A DNA stretch of 56,437 nt, filler included, from Sphacelaria rigidula (Eukaryota), in assembly GCA_964200075.2 (NCBI GenBank). It is 4 parts of 4 records of this genome, joined end to end, with 100 filler letters (N's around TTAATTAATTAA, not from the genome) between each part and the next. Parts side by side here need not be neighbours in the genome. Positions count along the whole stretch, not along the records: positions 28,272 to 42,304 come from CAXNAA020002494.1; positions 42,405 to 56,437 come from CAXNAA020002495.1; 2 more parts are not named here. One strand, given 5' to 3'. The translations under genes were made by a program, and so were the position numbers. The notes under the pieces were generated by a model. The model was not told the origin of the DNA. It saw nothing but the letters and a program-made list of their open reading frames with translations, and made no database searches. Within the stretch, counting starts at the first letter, position 1; the number at the start of each line of letters is the position of its first letter. Positions 36,065-49,020 of the stretch are shown piece after piece.

Positions 36065-36164
36065 CCCTCTGACCGCGAGGGTTGGTCCCCTGTTGAATCG
36101 GCATCAGTTTATACTTGAGAAATGTATGCATGGTCCAGGTAGACTGTCCTCGCGGTCTCAAGCA
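36065..36164. mobile_element. piggyBac-type MITE of about 100 bp (intronic)
   Basis: CCCTCTGACCGCGAGGG ... CCTCGCGGTC, with the same internal sequence as other copies. Confidence 0.65.
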
Positions 36165-38865
36165 TAATAAGTATATGTAGCGAACGACGGCGCGGGGGAT
36201 AGTAGGGCGAGTGATGAGTGCCTTGCACGAAATGTGATGCCCAGGCAGCGAAACCCAGCCATTTCCACATCCACGGGAAAAAACACCAGCTGGTGAAGAG
36301 CTTGAGCAAAGATGTCCCCACCTGTACGAGCTCATGTATAGGGCCGAATTTTTGTAACCGAACACGCTTCCGTCCGAGGGTGTTTAGAGTGAGTTGACAG
36401 CTACTGGTGGATGTATCGACCGCCACAGAATCCAACACGCCTTGGTCGTTCGGTTCGATTGTGATGCATCGCAATGCATCACGGCATCGACGATTCATTG
36501 TTCAGTACAGGGTGTGGTCCGGTTGTGTCGCCCCGAGTGCGCGCGCGTCGCGGGGGGACAGGAGGGCGAGTCTCGCCGCGTCAAGTTCTTTGCCTCACCA
36601 AGCCAGGTATCCACCGTAGAGACGAGTAACTTGTCTCAGATAGTCGGGCGCATTGGCTCATCAACGCAAGAATGAAGTGCCTCGGTTCCTTCATACTTGC
36701 CGTCTTACCGAGTAAAAAGAACGAGCACGAAGAGATACAAGCATCCAAAGGAGGATGCTGACTGGTCGCCGGGCGGGTCCATGGTTATGGCGATGAACGG
36801 ACACGCTGCTTTGGATCTTGTTCCCCTTCACGTTTTTTTTGGTCGAGATGAGACGTGTTGTCAGGGCGTGTCTGGGCACAATTTGTTTTCGATGAAAGAA
36901 GGGGCGGTGGAATTTTTTTTAGCCACATTCACAAAATTATCGAATTCGGTCTAAGCGAATTCTCGAGCTTCTGATCGAAAAAACACAGTGGAATTTGTGA
37001 AATGGTACATGGTCGCTTGTGGGTAGTACAGTTATTTTTTCTAAATAGTTGAAGCAATGAAAAATCACAAATGGGGTCGACCTATCAGATCGATTTTTTC
37101 TCATTGGACTTTTTCGGTCGAAGAAATGTTCCAGGACATGCCCTCACTTTCCTCAGCTTGAAGGAACAGGCGAGTAACTCACTAAATCGACGTAGACAAC
37201 CCATGCGCATTTCTAGTAACTTCGCTTGAATTAAGTGATCGCCTGAGCTATTTTATGACCTTGTCACTCTTTTCGTATATACTAGTGTGGAGATAATTTC
37301 GCACAGGAGTTAGCAAGTACTCCCACCCCACCCCCCTCCGTCCCCCATGGACGACCGAAAATTAAGAGGGAGGGGGTGTGGGCCTGGGATCCCGACCTAC
37401 CCCTGATTTTGGAGCGTATGCTGCCAACAGCAGTCCTCCACAGCAGTCATTGTCTGGACGTCGTGTACGAGCCACCGGCGCACGCCCCAGTTTCTGCTAC
37501 TATGACTGACCAGCCGGCAACACTACACTTGTACTTGCATTACACATCACTACCTCAGCGTAAAAAGCACACTCGGGACGAATCGAAGCGCACATGCGTG
37601 ATCTGTACTGTGAAGGCAGCTGTCGGATTCTGTATACTGTTCAGGGGGCCTATACATGCCTTCGCAAGCCTTGATGCAACGGCGGTGTGCTTGCGTAGAC
37701 GCTATCAACATCGATTGCTGCACGCAACACAGGGCTACATTAACAAACCCGTCTAGTTGTATTCTCACCCCGTGAAGTGCTAGTCTGGACGCTGTTTTGC
37801 ACACGTGGGACATCTCATGACCTATTCAAATATTACTTCTTAGTTCATTGATCCGGATCATGTGCTAGCTCGTTTGGCCAAATTTCAACAAAGAACCTTA
37901 TAATCTAATAGCGCTTAGAAGAGACCACCGGAACCTCGAGAAAAAACAACCATTTTATCGAGAACTCAAGGCCGCATGGACCTAAGAGCACGCTTGCCTG
38001 AACGCCACCACGTGTCGGGAGCGTTCGAGATGCACCATGCACGCACCTCCTTAGTTCGCCTGACTCCTCGAATACGCCATGACTCGGTCGAGCGCCCGTG
38101 GCAACGTACTGGTCGAGCACTAGCGATGCCTAGGAACATGTGTGTAATATTTCCGTCTCAAAGTGTGCAGTTTTTTCATGTCTTGACGGATGAGATGGTC
38201 GCGCAATCTAGCATCGTTCGAAGAGCAGAGTAAACCCTTATGTTAAGGATTGCTGAACTAATTTGCCCTACCGAACCAAGAAACGTGTACTGGGCAATAG
38301 AGGGGTTTATCTTGAGAATCCACTCGGCCCGAGAACGGATGGGGTTACAATGGGGGATGTGCTGTTGAATTGCCCGAAGGAGGGTCTGACTCGCTCGAAG
38401 TTAAACGCGTTGGAGGTGAGAGACTTGAGCCTGTGGAAAGACCTTATCTGTTGGGGGCTGAACAGACGAGAAACACTAAAGGTTTCGGCAACGCGAGTGC
38501 AGCGTGTCATGATTTGCTTCATCTCCTTACCCTGGTCCTCTTCACCGTGAATTAGCCCGTTTTCTCTGCAAGTCTCAACCGAGCAGTGAGATGAGTGCTC
38601 CAGCGTCTGTCCGACTCTGATCTCACCTTCCTTGACTCAGGTTCCCCATGTTTCTACGCGACGGAAACCAGTGACGTAACCCACCACTTGATTCACCACC
38701 GACGAAACCTATTCGAGAACTTGCTGAATGGAAGGGCAAGTACCGGGACTACCGACCACAACCATGAGCACCCACACGGTTGAACCCCTTGCCTCAAGGT
38801 CTAAAATGCCGTCCGCACAACGTACCACCAAACCGTATCTCCTGTACGGCACATGATCACCGCAG

Positions 38866-39924
38866 GTTCTTCGCGCCTACACGGCTCCTAAGCGCGTGTG
38901 CGACCCGTGCGTCATGAAGTACTGGACGCCCAAGACGATGCCTGAAGAACTGTCGGCTTTATCCTCGAACACCGAGACCACCGCAGGCTTGACGACGAAA
39001 GATGACGGAAGGCTCGGGCTGCGCCCGTCTTTGACGGTGGCGACCGAAGGCTGCCCTATGGACGGATACGGACCAAGCACTGCGCCGATGTCCGTTTCCC
39101 CGTCCACTCCCATGTTCGAGGGGGCATTTTTCGCTGCCGGCAGCAAAGAGAACGGGGAGCAAGACGACACAACAAGCGGTATCAGTGACGGCAACCGCCG
39201 CGCCTCTGGACCGATGCTATCGCCTTCTCTGTTGGCATCCATGCCCGAGGAAGTGGAGGAGTTGGAAGAAGTGGTGCCGGCAGAGCGGACCGAACCGGCT
39301 GGCGTTGTGGCGTCACCGCCCGGAACCTCTGAAACGTTGCTTTACCACGACAAAGATGACAAGGAGAACTCTGCGGAGGTGACCCACGACCCATGCGAAG
39401 ACGGCGCGGCCGGGGCGGTGCTGTCGTCCAAGATGACGCTGCCGGCCGAGGTGGCGCCGCCGGCCGAGGCGGTGCTGCCGGCCGAGGTGGCGCTGCCGGT
39501 CGACTCCGTCCCCACCTCTGATGACGAGGTGGAGATGTTGCTGCCGTCGGACGTGGCTGCGTGCCACGTGGCTCTGCCAGCTGGGCCCGAAGTTGTCGCT
39601 GCCGCCGCGGATACTACCCCTGATGTGGCAACCGCTGACACCGACCATGACGAAAGTGATGCCAGTCACGGAGACTTGCCGTCGGATGAGGGTCGTGACG
39701 GCTCCCTGGCAAGCGTAGTTCCTGAGGACGTGGTGAATGCGGATCAGAAAGGTCCGTCGACCGGAAGGAGTGCCGTGGTGGGGAAGGCGACCGCCATCGC
39801 GCCCGAGCAAGACAAGTCATCGGCACCCGTGCCGGAACTTATCTCATTCGCCGCGGGTCTCGTATGGGGTATCGTTGCTGTCGCCTTGGGCTACGGCATG
39901 GCTCAGCTCATCAAAATATTGTGA
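38866..39924 (+). CDS. FYVE-domain tail-anchored protein, exon 3; spliced protein 435 aa
   Basis: Phase-0 acceptor caccgcag|GTT. VLRAYTAPKRVCDPC completes the FYVE domain. An acidic, Pro/Ala-rich linker with LPAEVA-like repeats follows, ending in the hydrophobic LISFAAGLVWGIVAVALGYGMAQLIKIL*. Confidence 0.88.
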   Translation, partial: VLRAYTAPKRVCDPCVMKYWTPKTMPEELSALSSNTETTAGLTTKDDGRLGLRPSLTVATEGCPMDGYGPSTAPMSVSPSTPMFEGAFFAAGSKENGEQDDTTSGISDGNRRASGPMLSPSLLASMPEEVEELEEVVPAERTEPAGVVASPPGTSETLLYHDKDDKENSAEVTHDPCEDGAAGAVLSSKMTLPAEVAPPAEAVLPAEVALPVDSVPTSDDEVEMLLPSDVAACHVALPAGPEVVAAAADTTPDVATADTDHDESDASHGDLPSDEGRDGSLASVVPEDVVNADQKGPSTGRSAVVGKATAIAPEQDKSSAPVPELISFAAGLVWGIVAVALGYGMAQLIKIL

Positions 39925-42304
39925 TCGATGTGTACTACCATGCTCTTAGACAGATTGCTTTTCGACTTCGAAGCGGTTCGATGTTGTCTACTGTCCGATG
40001 TAATTATTTGATCGAGGGGAGCTTGATCGACGGTGTTGACCCGAGTGTAGCCCTCGACCACCAGGGTCAAAACGGGGAGGTTTTCACAATCATTCACTGA
40101 GAGGCGAATGACCTCACACAAGCGGATGATCCTACATCGGCGCTTGAAAAAGCGAATCCCTCATGGCGTCGATTGCATGGCTTTGGTTCCCCGAGGTGTT
40201 TTGTATGCATTTTTGTCATTTCCCACGTCGCTGGGTCATCAGGTGGGTAGATTTGGTTCTCACCTCACATTGAGTCGTCCCGTGATGAGGAAATAAGTGT
40301 GGTCGTGTTGCGGTGTATGTTGGACTATCAAGGAGGTGCAGACGCATCTTCCGGATTATTATATAGTTTGTGCGTCGAGCGATGCGCGTGGAAATGTGGG
40401 TTCGGTACTTCCCTTCTTGAGAAACGCTTGTCTCATCGTCATGACGCCCTGTCGCTTATGTTCGATCGTGGTGCATTTTTGTGTACGTTGCGCGTGAGAT
40501 TGCAGTGTCTCGGGGCGTTACACGTGGCGTTCTTGGTGCGTCTCGAGTTGTTTCACATTTATACTGCCGACCACGAGAGAGAGACGTGTTTCAGGCCCAT
40601 GACTGAGGGGGAAACAAACGTCTGGGCAACGGATTGTGTTTTTATGGAGGTACACCTTGACTTGAAGCGAGTTTCCCTCGGTATCAGAAGGTGGCGTGCG
40701 GACGAACAGAAGTCCACTGCCAGTAGTTTTTGACGCACGCGAAACGAGAGAAGTATCCCTCTGATTCGAATTAAACGCGGTGTCATGGTGTTGCAGGGAA
40801 GCATGCGCCCCGCTTGATGTGCCTGTCTGAAATATTTGATAAAATTAGAAGTCCGATGTCTGCAAGTATGAAATGGGATATGATGAGAGTATATATTGGG
40901 CTTTCCACGGGGTAATAAATGAGATGAATGTATTGGGCTCTTCAACGTGAGCGGGAAGAAATAAGTCAGGAATGTCCAAGATATGAGCTGAGTTGTCTGA
41001 GAAACAGTTTCCGAGAAAATTAAGTGTTGTCCTAGACAACGGTCGGTTTCCTCCAATTTCCTCTCCAGCGCAGACGTGCATTTAAGATGAGCAGCGAATT
41101 AACTGATTATTATCATTATTACTATTTTCCGCACATTAGACCGATCTCGCGATCCCGAACTGCTACAGAATCGCAATCCATCTTGGAGCGTTGGTTTATT
41201 TTTCCCTACTTGACAGCGGACGGAGCCATTTTGATGATTGATATAGATGCATGTAGCGGCCTTTTCATCGTTCCGTTGCCGGAAAATGACACCGAGCACC
41301 TCCAAGACAATTCTGATACGGGTCCAATCGTAGTCAAGTGACGTTGCTGCTTGTCTCCCGAGATGATTTTAGTGCAGTTTGAAAAAGATTTTGAAATAAC
41401 AAAACAAAATCATTTCGATGGTGTTCGAGACTACGGGACCGTTGGTTCCTCCGACACATGAGGTAGCTCGATAACGGTGCGCTGATCATTTACCTTTTGA
41501 GAGGAAGAGCGTGCGAGACCATAGTCAGGTTCACTGCAAAGCTATAGCGGGTCGGACAAATAATGATTCGTCTGGAAATCACTTGGGTTTAGTATGGTGC
41601 GTCGACTCGTGACGAATAAATCACTAGGCTATACTTCAGCGTTGCAACCCAGGTACACGCAGCCCAAACACGTGGAATGGCGCAAAAGTTGCGTGGATAC
41701 CCCTTGGACCAGCGATCAACTTTTTTCTCCTTTGGGGCATTCAGGCCGAAGAGATCGTGAATTTGGTGATTTCAAGTAATGATTTGTCCTAACCGTGAAA
41801 ACTATACAGACACGGAGTTGCTACTATTGTCATCGAGAATGTTATGTCGGGTCAAAATACCCTATCATGGCCAACATTTTGGAATTTTCTAGAATGTCAT
41901 TGAGATTCTTCCCGACTTTTGTTTGATAACTCTCGAAAGAAGCCCGTTTATCGCCCCCCTTCGTGACCCGGCCACCCCTGCGTCGTTTTTCATGGCCCAC
42001 CCCCCCTGCATCGCCATCGGGGCGTTAAAGTGTCATCGGGCCGCCGCTATGCCCTGGCGGTGAAGGTAGCGCTGGCCATTCCGCCAGGCAAAGTAAGGCT
42101 GTCCGAGGGTGCAGGCCTCCTCGCCCGGGGCTCCAGTGTTGGCCCCGATTACTCCACACAGCTATGGAGAGGCTGCAAAGCACAGATAGAAGGCACCTGG
42201 GAGCTTGACCTCTCAAACAAACCTCGTAGCGGGCGGCCGTCGTTGCTTAGACCCACTTTTATGGCAACGAGTCCCGATTTTTACAAACATGAGGATTTCA
42301 GCCC

Positions 42305-42404
42305 NNNNNNNNNNNNNNNNNNNNNNNNNNNNNNNNNNNNNNNNNNNNTTAATTAATTAANNNNNNNNNNNNNNNNNNNNNNNNNNNNNNNNNNNNNNNN
42401 NNNN
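42305..42404. other. Artificial contig spacer
   Basis: N44-TTAATTAATTAA-N44. Confidence 0.98.
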
Positions 42405-42660
42405 GGAAGCAACAAATGGGTACGCCCCCCCCCCCCCGAAAGTGCATGGTTTTGGGAAGCAAAATCTTCACGTAAATCGAAATGGGAAAAGCAGAGCACA
42501 ACGAGAAGCTGGGAATTCCGAGGCTTGGGTTCGTGCTAGCCAATGTCGCCAATATGAGACGCTTCATGCAGCCTGAAACCAAACATGAGGCGCTGTATGA
42601 CCATTTTTTTCGTGACACTTTTGAGCTGGTTTTTTGGGGGGGGCTATCGTAGAAAGTGCC
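42405..42660 (+). repeat. Dispersed repeat (family A head joined to family B body) at contig start
   Basis: GGAAGCAACAAATGGGTACGCCCC, then sequence matching 24325-24555. Confidence 0.7.
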
Positions 42661-45420
42661 GGATCATCTCGACTTTCTTGTTTATTCCATCAGTTGAGGA
42701 CGTATCAGTGAAGTAAGGACCAATTTTGCACGAGAACGCCCTCAACTCGCGAAAAATAAAAATAAAAATGAAAGTGCCCTCTTTTTTGTTTATAGTATGC
42801 GCTTGCGATTCTCCATCCATAATTCCAAAGCACAATTCTAGAAGCTGAGGTTAGAAACTGAGTCAATCCATTCGGGACCGGATGCCCAGCAATATAGTGT
42901 TTGCACGCTGGGGCTTTTCTGTAAATCGGGGTCATTCTCGGTCGTTTTCAAGTAAATATAATGCCGGTTCACAAAAAGGCCCCTGCGTGCAAGCACGACG
43001 TTACTGGGAGTCCGATCCCCAAATGGGTAAGCGCCCGAAGCAATGTCCATTTTTCCTCAAGACGTCCCAAGAAATGAGGGGAAAAAAATCGAGGGCCTGA
43101 AGATATTAACTCATCATGCCCTGTAATAGCGACACTCCGGACCAACTTTCGAGGCACACCTGTGAAAACTGGGAAACGAAATCCAGGTTAAGTGCATTCA
43201 GCGCCTCTGCTCGTAATATTTTGGGTTTATAATCGAATCGTATGTGCGCCATACATGTCGATAAATAGCAAAATTAGGTGAAGGTGAAGGTTTCGGTCGT
43301 TTCCCCGTGATCCAGGGGATGTTCAAACCGAAACATTATCATTATCCGCGGTGCGCACATCGTTCGGGGTTTCGTGTAAACGTTAGAATGAACCACCTCT
43401 CCGTAAAGTACAGGAATATCTTTATACGGCGTTCAATCAACGACAAAAACATGCTCAAAGATTTCGAGCACATGACGGGCATCTGCCCCTTGATTGGGCG
43501 ACTATCAAGATGTGCCGATCACGGCCCAACTTGTCTGTGTCGATGAGATACGGCTGTCAGGCCTTGAATCCGTTTTCAGGCTGAAACAGCTCGCGTAAAC
43601 CAGAAGAATGAGAAAGTGGAATCAGTTTTCACGTGGGGGCGCCAAAGCCCATGTCGACCAGAAATACAGTGAGACACCCACTCGCCAGTGCACAACTTCT
43701 AGCAGTGCGTTCACCTGTTGCAAGCAAACGGGTAAAACCCCACACAGGTGAAAAATGCCGCCAAGAAGGTATTCTCCTCCATGCCCACGAGGCCCGTAGC
43801 GGGAGACGCAACGAAAGAGTACCTGCGCAGTGAGCGTCAGTTCCAGTACCCCGAAATGTCAGCACTGTGTTCGTCAAAGGCATGGAAAATGGCAAGCGAT
43901 CTGAATCCCTAGCGGGCTGAAAAACCAGTCCATATGCTCAAAAACACACACACCGCGGTCACCGAACTGAAGACGTGCATATATATAATAGTGACCACAA
44001 GGGCGGGTGAGGGGGGGGGAGGCAGGGAGAGTACGACTCCCCAAGATGGACCAATCCAACGGACCCGAATTGGACCACCATGTAGAACCCTTCGACCGTG
44101 CTTTTCCTACACCCGCCATCATGGGACAAACTCATCTTGATTCCTAAATATATCTCACATCAACAGCAGGCCGATCAAAAACGTATGTATAAAAACAAAA
44201 ACGATAACTGCTACAGGAGGGCGAACGGGACTGCCGACGGATGAGGCGGTGAAACACTCCATGTCTTGAAGACGGATTACTCTGAGCCTTCACCATCAAC
44301 AACTATTGGCGGAAGCACTCATCCTCCAACCTCCCAGGCGAGTAGAATGGATGCTGCAATACACGGAGAAGCAAATCCAGGTACAGGTCTCTCACCTCTT
44401 CATGGAGCTACCGCGCGAAGAAGGCCTCACAAGGGGGTTGGCCACGTCGCCCTGTGCGCGTGCACGTGCTTGTCGCGAGGGAGCAGGCAAGGATCCATCG
44501 GAACCTTCCTGCCGATCTCGACGTCGGCGGCCCGAATTCGGCTTCCGTGCGGGGTACACGCATGACCTCGCTGCTGCTTCGCCTTTCTTGCGACACCGAC
44601 TGTTTTCTCGCGACACATATCGGGGACGGGTGGCATGAGACACACGTGCGGCATATGCCTAGTGAGATAGACGAGTGAATGATGGGGAACAAACGCCACG
44701 TAAGAGGCAGCGCAGCAGTGGTATCGTATTGCAGGAAACTAGCAATATCTCTACGGGCAGTAGTGGCGAGGGCGGGAGTGGTCGGGGGTCCGCGGGAGGG
44801 ATCGAGGCGTCGGTGGTGGGGGACAGGAAAACCCTCACTGGCACGACGTGGAAAATCATGCACAGTTCCGCCGCAAAGCGTAGGCGGTGCGACCGAGGAT
44901 AGAGGAGCGTCGACTCTACCCCGCTTGCCCGGCTTCTCTGTTCAGGTCTTGGTCCCCGACGCGGCCAAGCGCGACATTCAAGGAGTGAAATCCGCAAAAG
45001 GGAAAACACTAGTCAAAATACAGCGAGGTAAACAATCACCGTGATCCACTTGCGATATGAGCTGGGCCGGCTTGAAGCTCTTTCTTTTGGTGCTTGGTCA
45101 GGTTTGCACGGCCCGTATTTGAAAGTTGGAAGCTGACATTTTGACACAAGGTTTATACCAAGAGGCAAAAACGCACTGCGGTACAGTAGCCAAAAAAAAA
45201 AACTCCTGCAAGTTAAAGCTGGTTAAAGATTCTGACAGTACATTTAAAGTCCTCATTCTACGATATACATCTGTATATATTTGGCTACCGAAGTCATTTT
45301 TGCGTTTTGACGTGTAGAACGTACGTGTGAGATTTCAGCTCAGCACTCCTAAAATTGGGCCATGTATTTCACGTTTTTTGTGACAACTTTGCACCCCGTT
45401 GTCTTTGTGTGTGTGCTATG

Positions 45421-45783
45421 TGTTGTCATCCCATCTATTCTGGACGCTAGTCTACACCTCTGAGTATATACGGGTGATTCAGCCGAAGTTACACAGGGGG
45501 AAGGCCAACACCCGAGTTTCTTTTTCATCATCATTATTCGTTTTTTTCCCCACCTTCTTTCAGCTGTTCTTGCCTCAATTTTTTATCGCGAGAGAGGTTC
45601 GGGGGGTTCCTTTCCCTCGTCGACTGTCAAGTCGAAATTTGTGTGCCCACGACATAGCCGCTCTCCGCTGTTGGGCACGGTGTAAGAAAAAATCCCAGAT
45701 CGTGTGACCGCACCGACATTCGAACCGACGACCCAACCGTCAGAAGGTTTCGAAGTTCCCAACTGAGCCACCGGGGCGACTGG
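45421..45783 (-). mobile_element. tRNA-derived SINE, copy 2
   Basis: Colinear with 14562-14911. Box A TGGCTCAGTTGG and box B GGTTCGAAT on the minus strand. Confidence 0.8.
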
Positions 45784-48429
45784 CGTTGTCTACGCGGTAT
45801 AAACGACTTCCACAAGGGCAGAAGGTTACGAGTCCCAATCCCGACAGAAACGTTTTTTGGCAGAACCTGTCTGCCATTTGAGCTCATATATTGTGCAAAT
45901 ACATTTGTTTTTGAGGCAGAGCGTACATTAGCAGGTTGGTCTCCACATCACAGCGATATACTTGCATAAGGTTATTTCGGGAAATAAAAAAAAAATCGCG
46001 TGCGACGAAATGTGAGCTCAGAGGCTGAGCCCAGCTCGTATCGGTCATGCGTGCTGGCACGAGCTATATCCGGTGCACTCAGGGGCGCACAGCGTACTCC
46101 TTGGCGTAGCATACACAGCACGTTCAATCCCTACGAGTGCTGTTACTTCCCGTGCCCCCGACTTACGACCTTTTCCCGTCGTGTTTTTAGTGCCGGCCGA
46201 GGTGAACTTTATCGCTGACGCCATTACTGTAGGACCCGCTGCTGACGGCATGAAGGAGAAAGCAGGTGCGAGCATCGGCAACAGTTGTCACGTCTTTTTA
46301 TTTTATTCCAAGTTGCGAAGATTTGGTCGCGCCCGCCAGCTTTGTTCCTCACTAAGTGTGCTATTCAACAGGGCGTGCTCCGTTGTATGACCTCGCCTTT
46401 TCTTTCTACTGCCGAAAATCGCTGTTTCCTCGTCATAATTGCCGCAGTGCACGTTTCACGTGGTGGGGTGGAGTTTGAGACCCTCGTCCGTGCTGTGCAA
46501 GTGTTTGCAGGTTGCACTACGCGGCTTCAATCATGGAGAAAGCGCGAGTGAGGAGGGATTGATTCAAGGCTAAAGTATAGTCTTCCCTACAACATGAAGC
46601 TCTCCGCATCTGATTCGCGGCAAGTTCGCTGGACTGTACCTATCCCCCGATGGGCCTCACGAAACAAACCACCGTACGTAGTAGAGAGTTTCGGAAAACA
46701 ATTTTTTGAGCCAAAAACTCAGGGATAGTTTGCGTCTTCTTACTAAAATTCAATCAAACGTTAATTATCACCGAGTTTTTCTGGCCTATTTTTGTTTTCC
46801 GAAACTCTCTAGTGTCGAGCGGTGTTCGGTTGACTCGAGACACGTGACGAGTTGGCGGGCGTCAATCTGGACCCCAATGATCAGAACCACTCCGAGAAGA
46901 AACACCCTCGCAATCTCTGAACGTGACGGTCTATGATTCCTTTGCTTTCATGGTGACTCATAAATGAACTCGAGAACCGGGCCATCAACGGCAGGTCGAT
47001 GGATCGCACCGTGGAGAGCGCCATCGTGCACCTCAAACAGCATTAGCTGGGATATAAAATCAACACATGGAATTGCGGGCAGGGCTTTGCACGACTACTC
47101 TCATGCTATCCTGCGACTCGTCCGGTAGAAATGCCATGACGTGACTCCCGCGAGGCGGTCTAGTCCGGCGCCCGGGTAGTCGGCGAAAGAACTCGCTTGC
47201 GGGGTAAGTACTGAGTGAGGTTTCCTCCTTCCTTCAAGAGAAAAACAAAACAAGGCAATTGGGGAGGTCAAGGCTTCGAATCCCGCAGAATCCTCGTGTA
47301 TTTAGCAAAAGTCTGGCTCCGTCGTTGAGGTCATCTACTCCGCAGTGCTTTTTATTTTGGTAGCAGAGCGTGTGCGACCAGGTTGGTCTGCAGTTCACAG
47401 CGATATACCTATATCGGGCGTTTTCAGAAAACTGAAAACCGAAAATTGTGCTCGGGATATGCTCGTTTTACGGCCGGCCCAGCTCACAGTACTTCATCGT
47501 ACGGACAGCACGGGTAAGTAACTGTTAGTTATGCTCATCCGGCCACAATATATAGGATTTTTGTCCAAAACGTATCCCGGATCTCCCTGATGGAAAAATC
47601 GCGCAAGCCAACAAGATGCACGTGATTCTTCCGATCGTTCGCAAGCGAAGCGCAGCAGGCCTTGTGCACCCATGACACGCACACCTCCCTGCCGCATTGC
47701 ATCGCCCGAACTGTCTGTTCGTCCTGCATTTTCGCGTCAAAACTGTGTCAATGCAACACACATTATCCACCCTGGGGGTGACTGCAAAGCTTGAGACAAA
47801 GCCCATCTGAAATGCGCAGTACCGCAGTACGAGCCGGGCCACCTTAAAAGCTGCTAAAACTTGCTCACACCACAGCTTCCCCGGTTTCCCGAATGAACCC
47901 GATGTAAGCATATCACTGTGAAGTGTAGACCAACCTGGTGACACACGCACCGCCGCTGAATGAAAGAAAAAATGAAAAAAATGCACTGTATAATGTATGA
48001 CCTTAACGACGGACGAAAAAAAAAGAGAATATGTCGGGAGTCGAGCTCATGACCGCCATAATTGGAGTCTCCCATCACTTGATCAAGAGGGGTGCAGCAG
48101 CGTCACGGAAAATGTTGAACGCACGGCCCAATTCGACGAGTCTTGAGCTGAAATTTCAGGAAGAACTTCTGCACCCAAGGAACTGATACTTCACGTGTCC
48201 AGCTGCAGATTCTCCTTTTTATCTGGACTTATGGTATTATCTTAATTTTTCTGAAATTTCAAATGCCCATAGCTTGTTCCTTTTTCTTTCTTTTCTTTGC
48301 TGCTCAGGTGATCTTCTGCATTTTGATCATAAAAAGCTGCTGTCAAACGTTCAGCGTCCAACTGCTAATATCGCGCCGTGCGTCGCCTGAGCGACATTCA
48401 CACCTACTCTTGGCTGGCCCAGCTCGTAC

Positions 48430-49020
48430 ACTGTTGTATAGTTCAGTACGGTGTTGTCTTCTGTCCCCCACCCGCTGCGTTTGTCCTCTTTGTCTATGCT
48501 TATCATGAAGGATCGGATTACACCAAACCCTTCGAGGGCGTCACCTCTTCCCGCTGCCAGTTCGTTCCAAAAGTCAATCCTTGCACCGCCACGGTGGGCC
48601 ATCTGCCTTGCATTCATTTTCGAAACATTACGCCCATGCAACACACATGACCCATACCTTGAGGGTGGGTGTTGTCTGTGTAGATAGACAAAGCCGCGAA
48701 GTACGCCACACAGCACAGTACAATGCAGTATATCGCAGTGCAGTGCAGTATAGCGTTGTCTTCTCTCCCCCCCCCCCCCCCCCCGCGCCGCGTTCTTTCC
48801 CTACGTCTATGGGTATCACCAAGTATCGGATTAATCCTTCGGAAGCGTGACATCTCCCTCCCGCCAGCTGCAAAAAAAAGTGATCCTTGATCGCCAGGGT
48901 GGGCCATCTGCGCCTTATATGCATTTTTGAAGTCATAATCTTTGGAGAGGGAGACCTGTTCCTGCAACCGGGTGGAGAGTTGAACCCTTCGACCGCGAGG
49001 GTGGGTCATCTGGGTTTTGC
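48430..49020. repeat. Degenerate tandem duplication of about 300 nt built from MITE-like ends
   Basis: GTTGTCTTCT..CCCC...CGGATTA..CCTTCG...ATCCTTG...GGTGGGCCATCTG occurs twice, with a third end-like copy near 48985. Confidence 0.55.

Noticed and set aside
39115-39145. FFAT motif in the FYVE linker (FEGAFFAAGS)
   Set aside because: It lacks the key acidic residues of EFFDAxE and is too weak to call.
2440-39924. Immune gene cluster (NLR, F-box ankyrin, receptor, FYVE)
   Set aside because: The genes sit on three size-sorted contigs, so linkage is not shown.
44200-45050. GC-rich ORF cluster as a gene or LINE fragment
   Set aside because: There are stops in all frames and no diagnostic RT or endonuclease motif that I can support.
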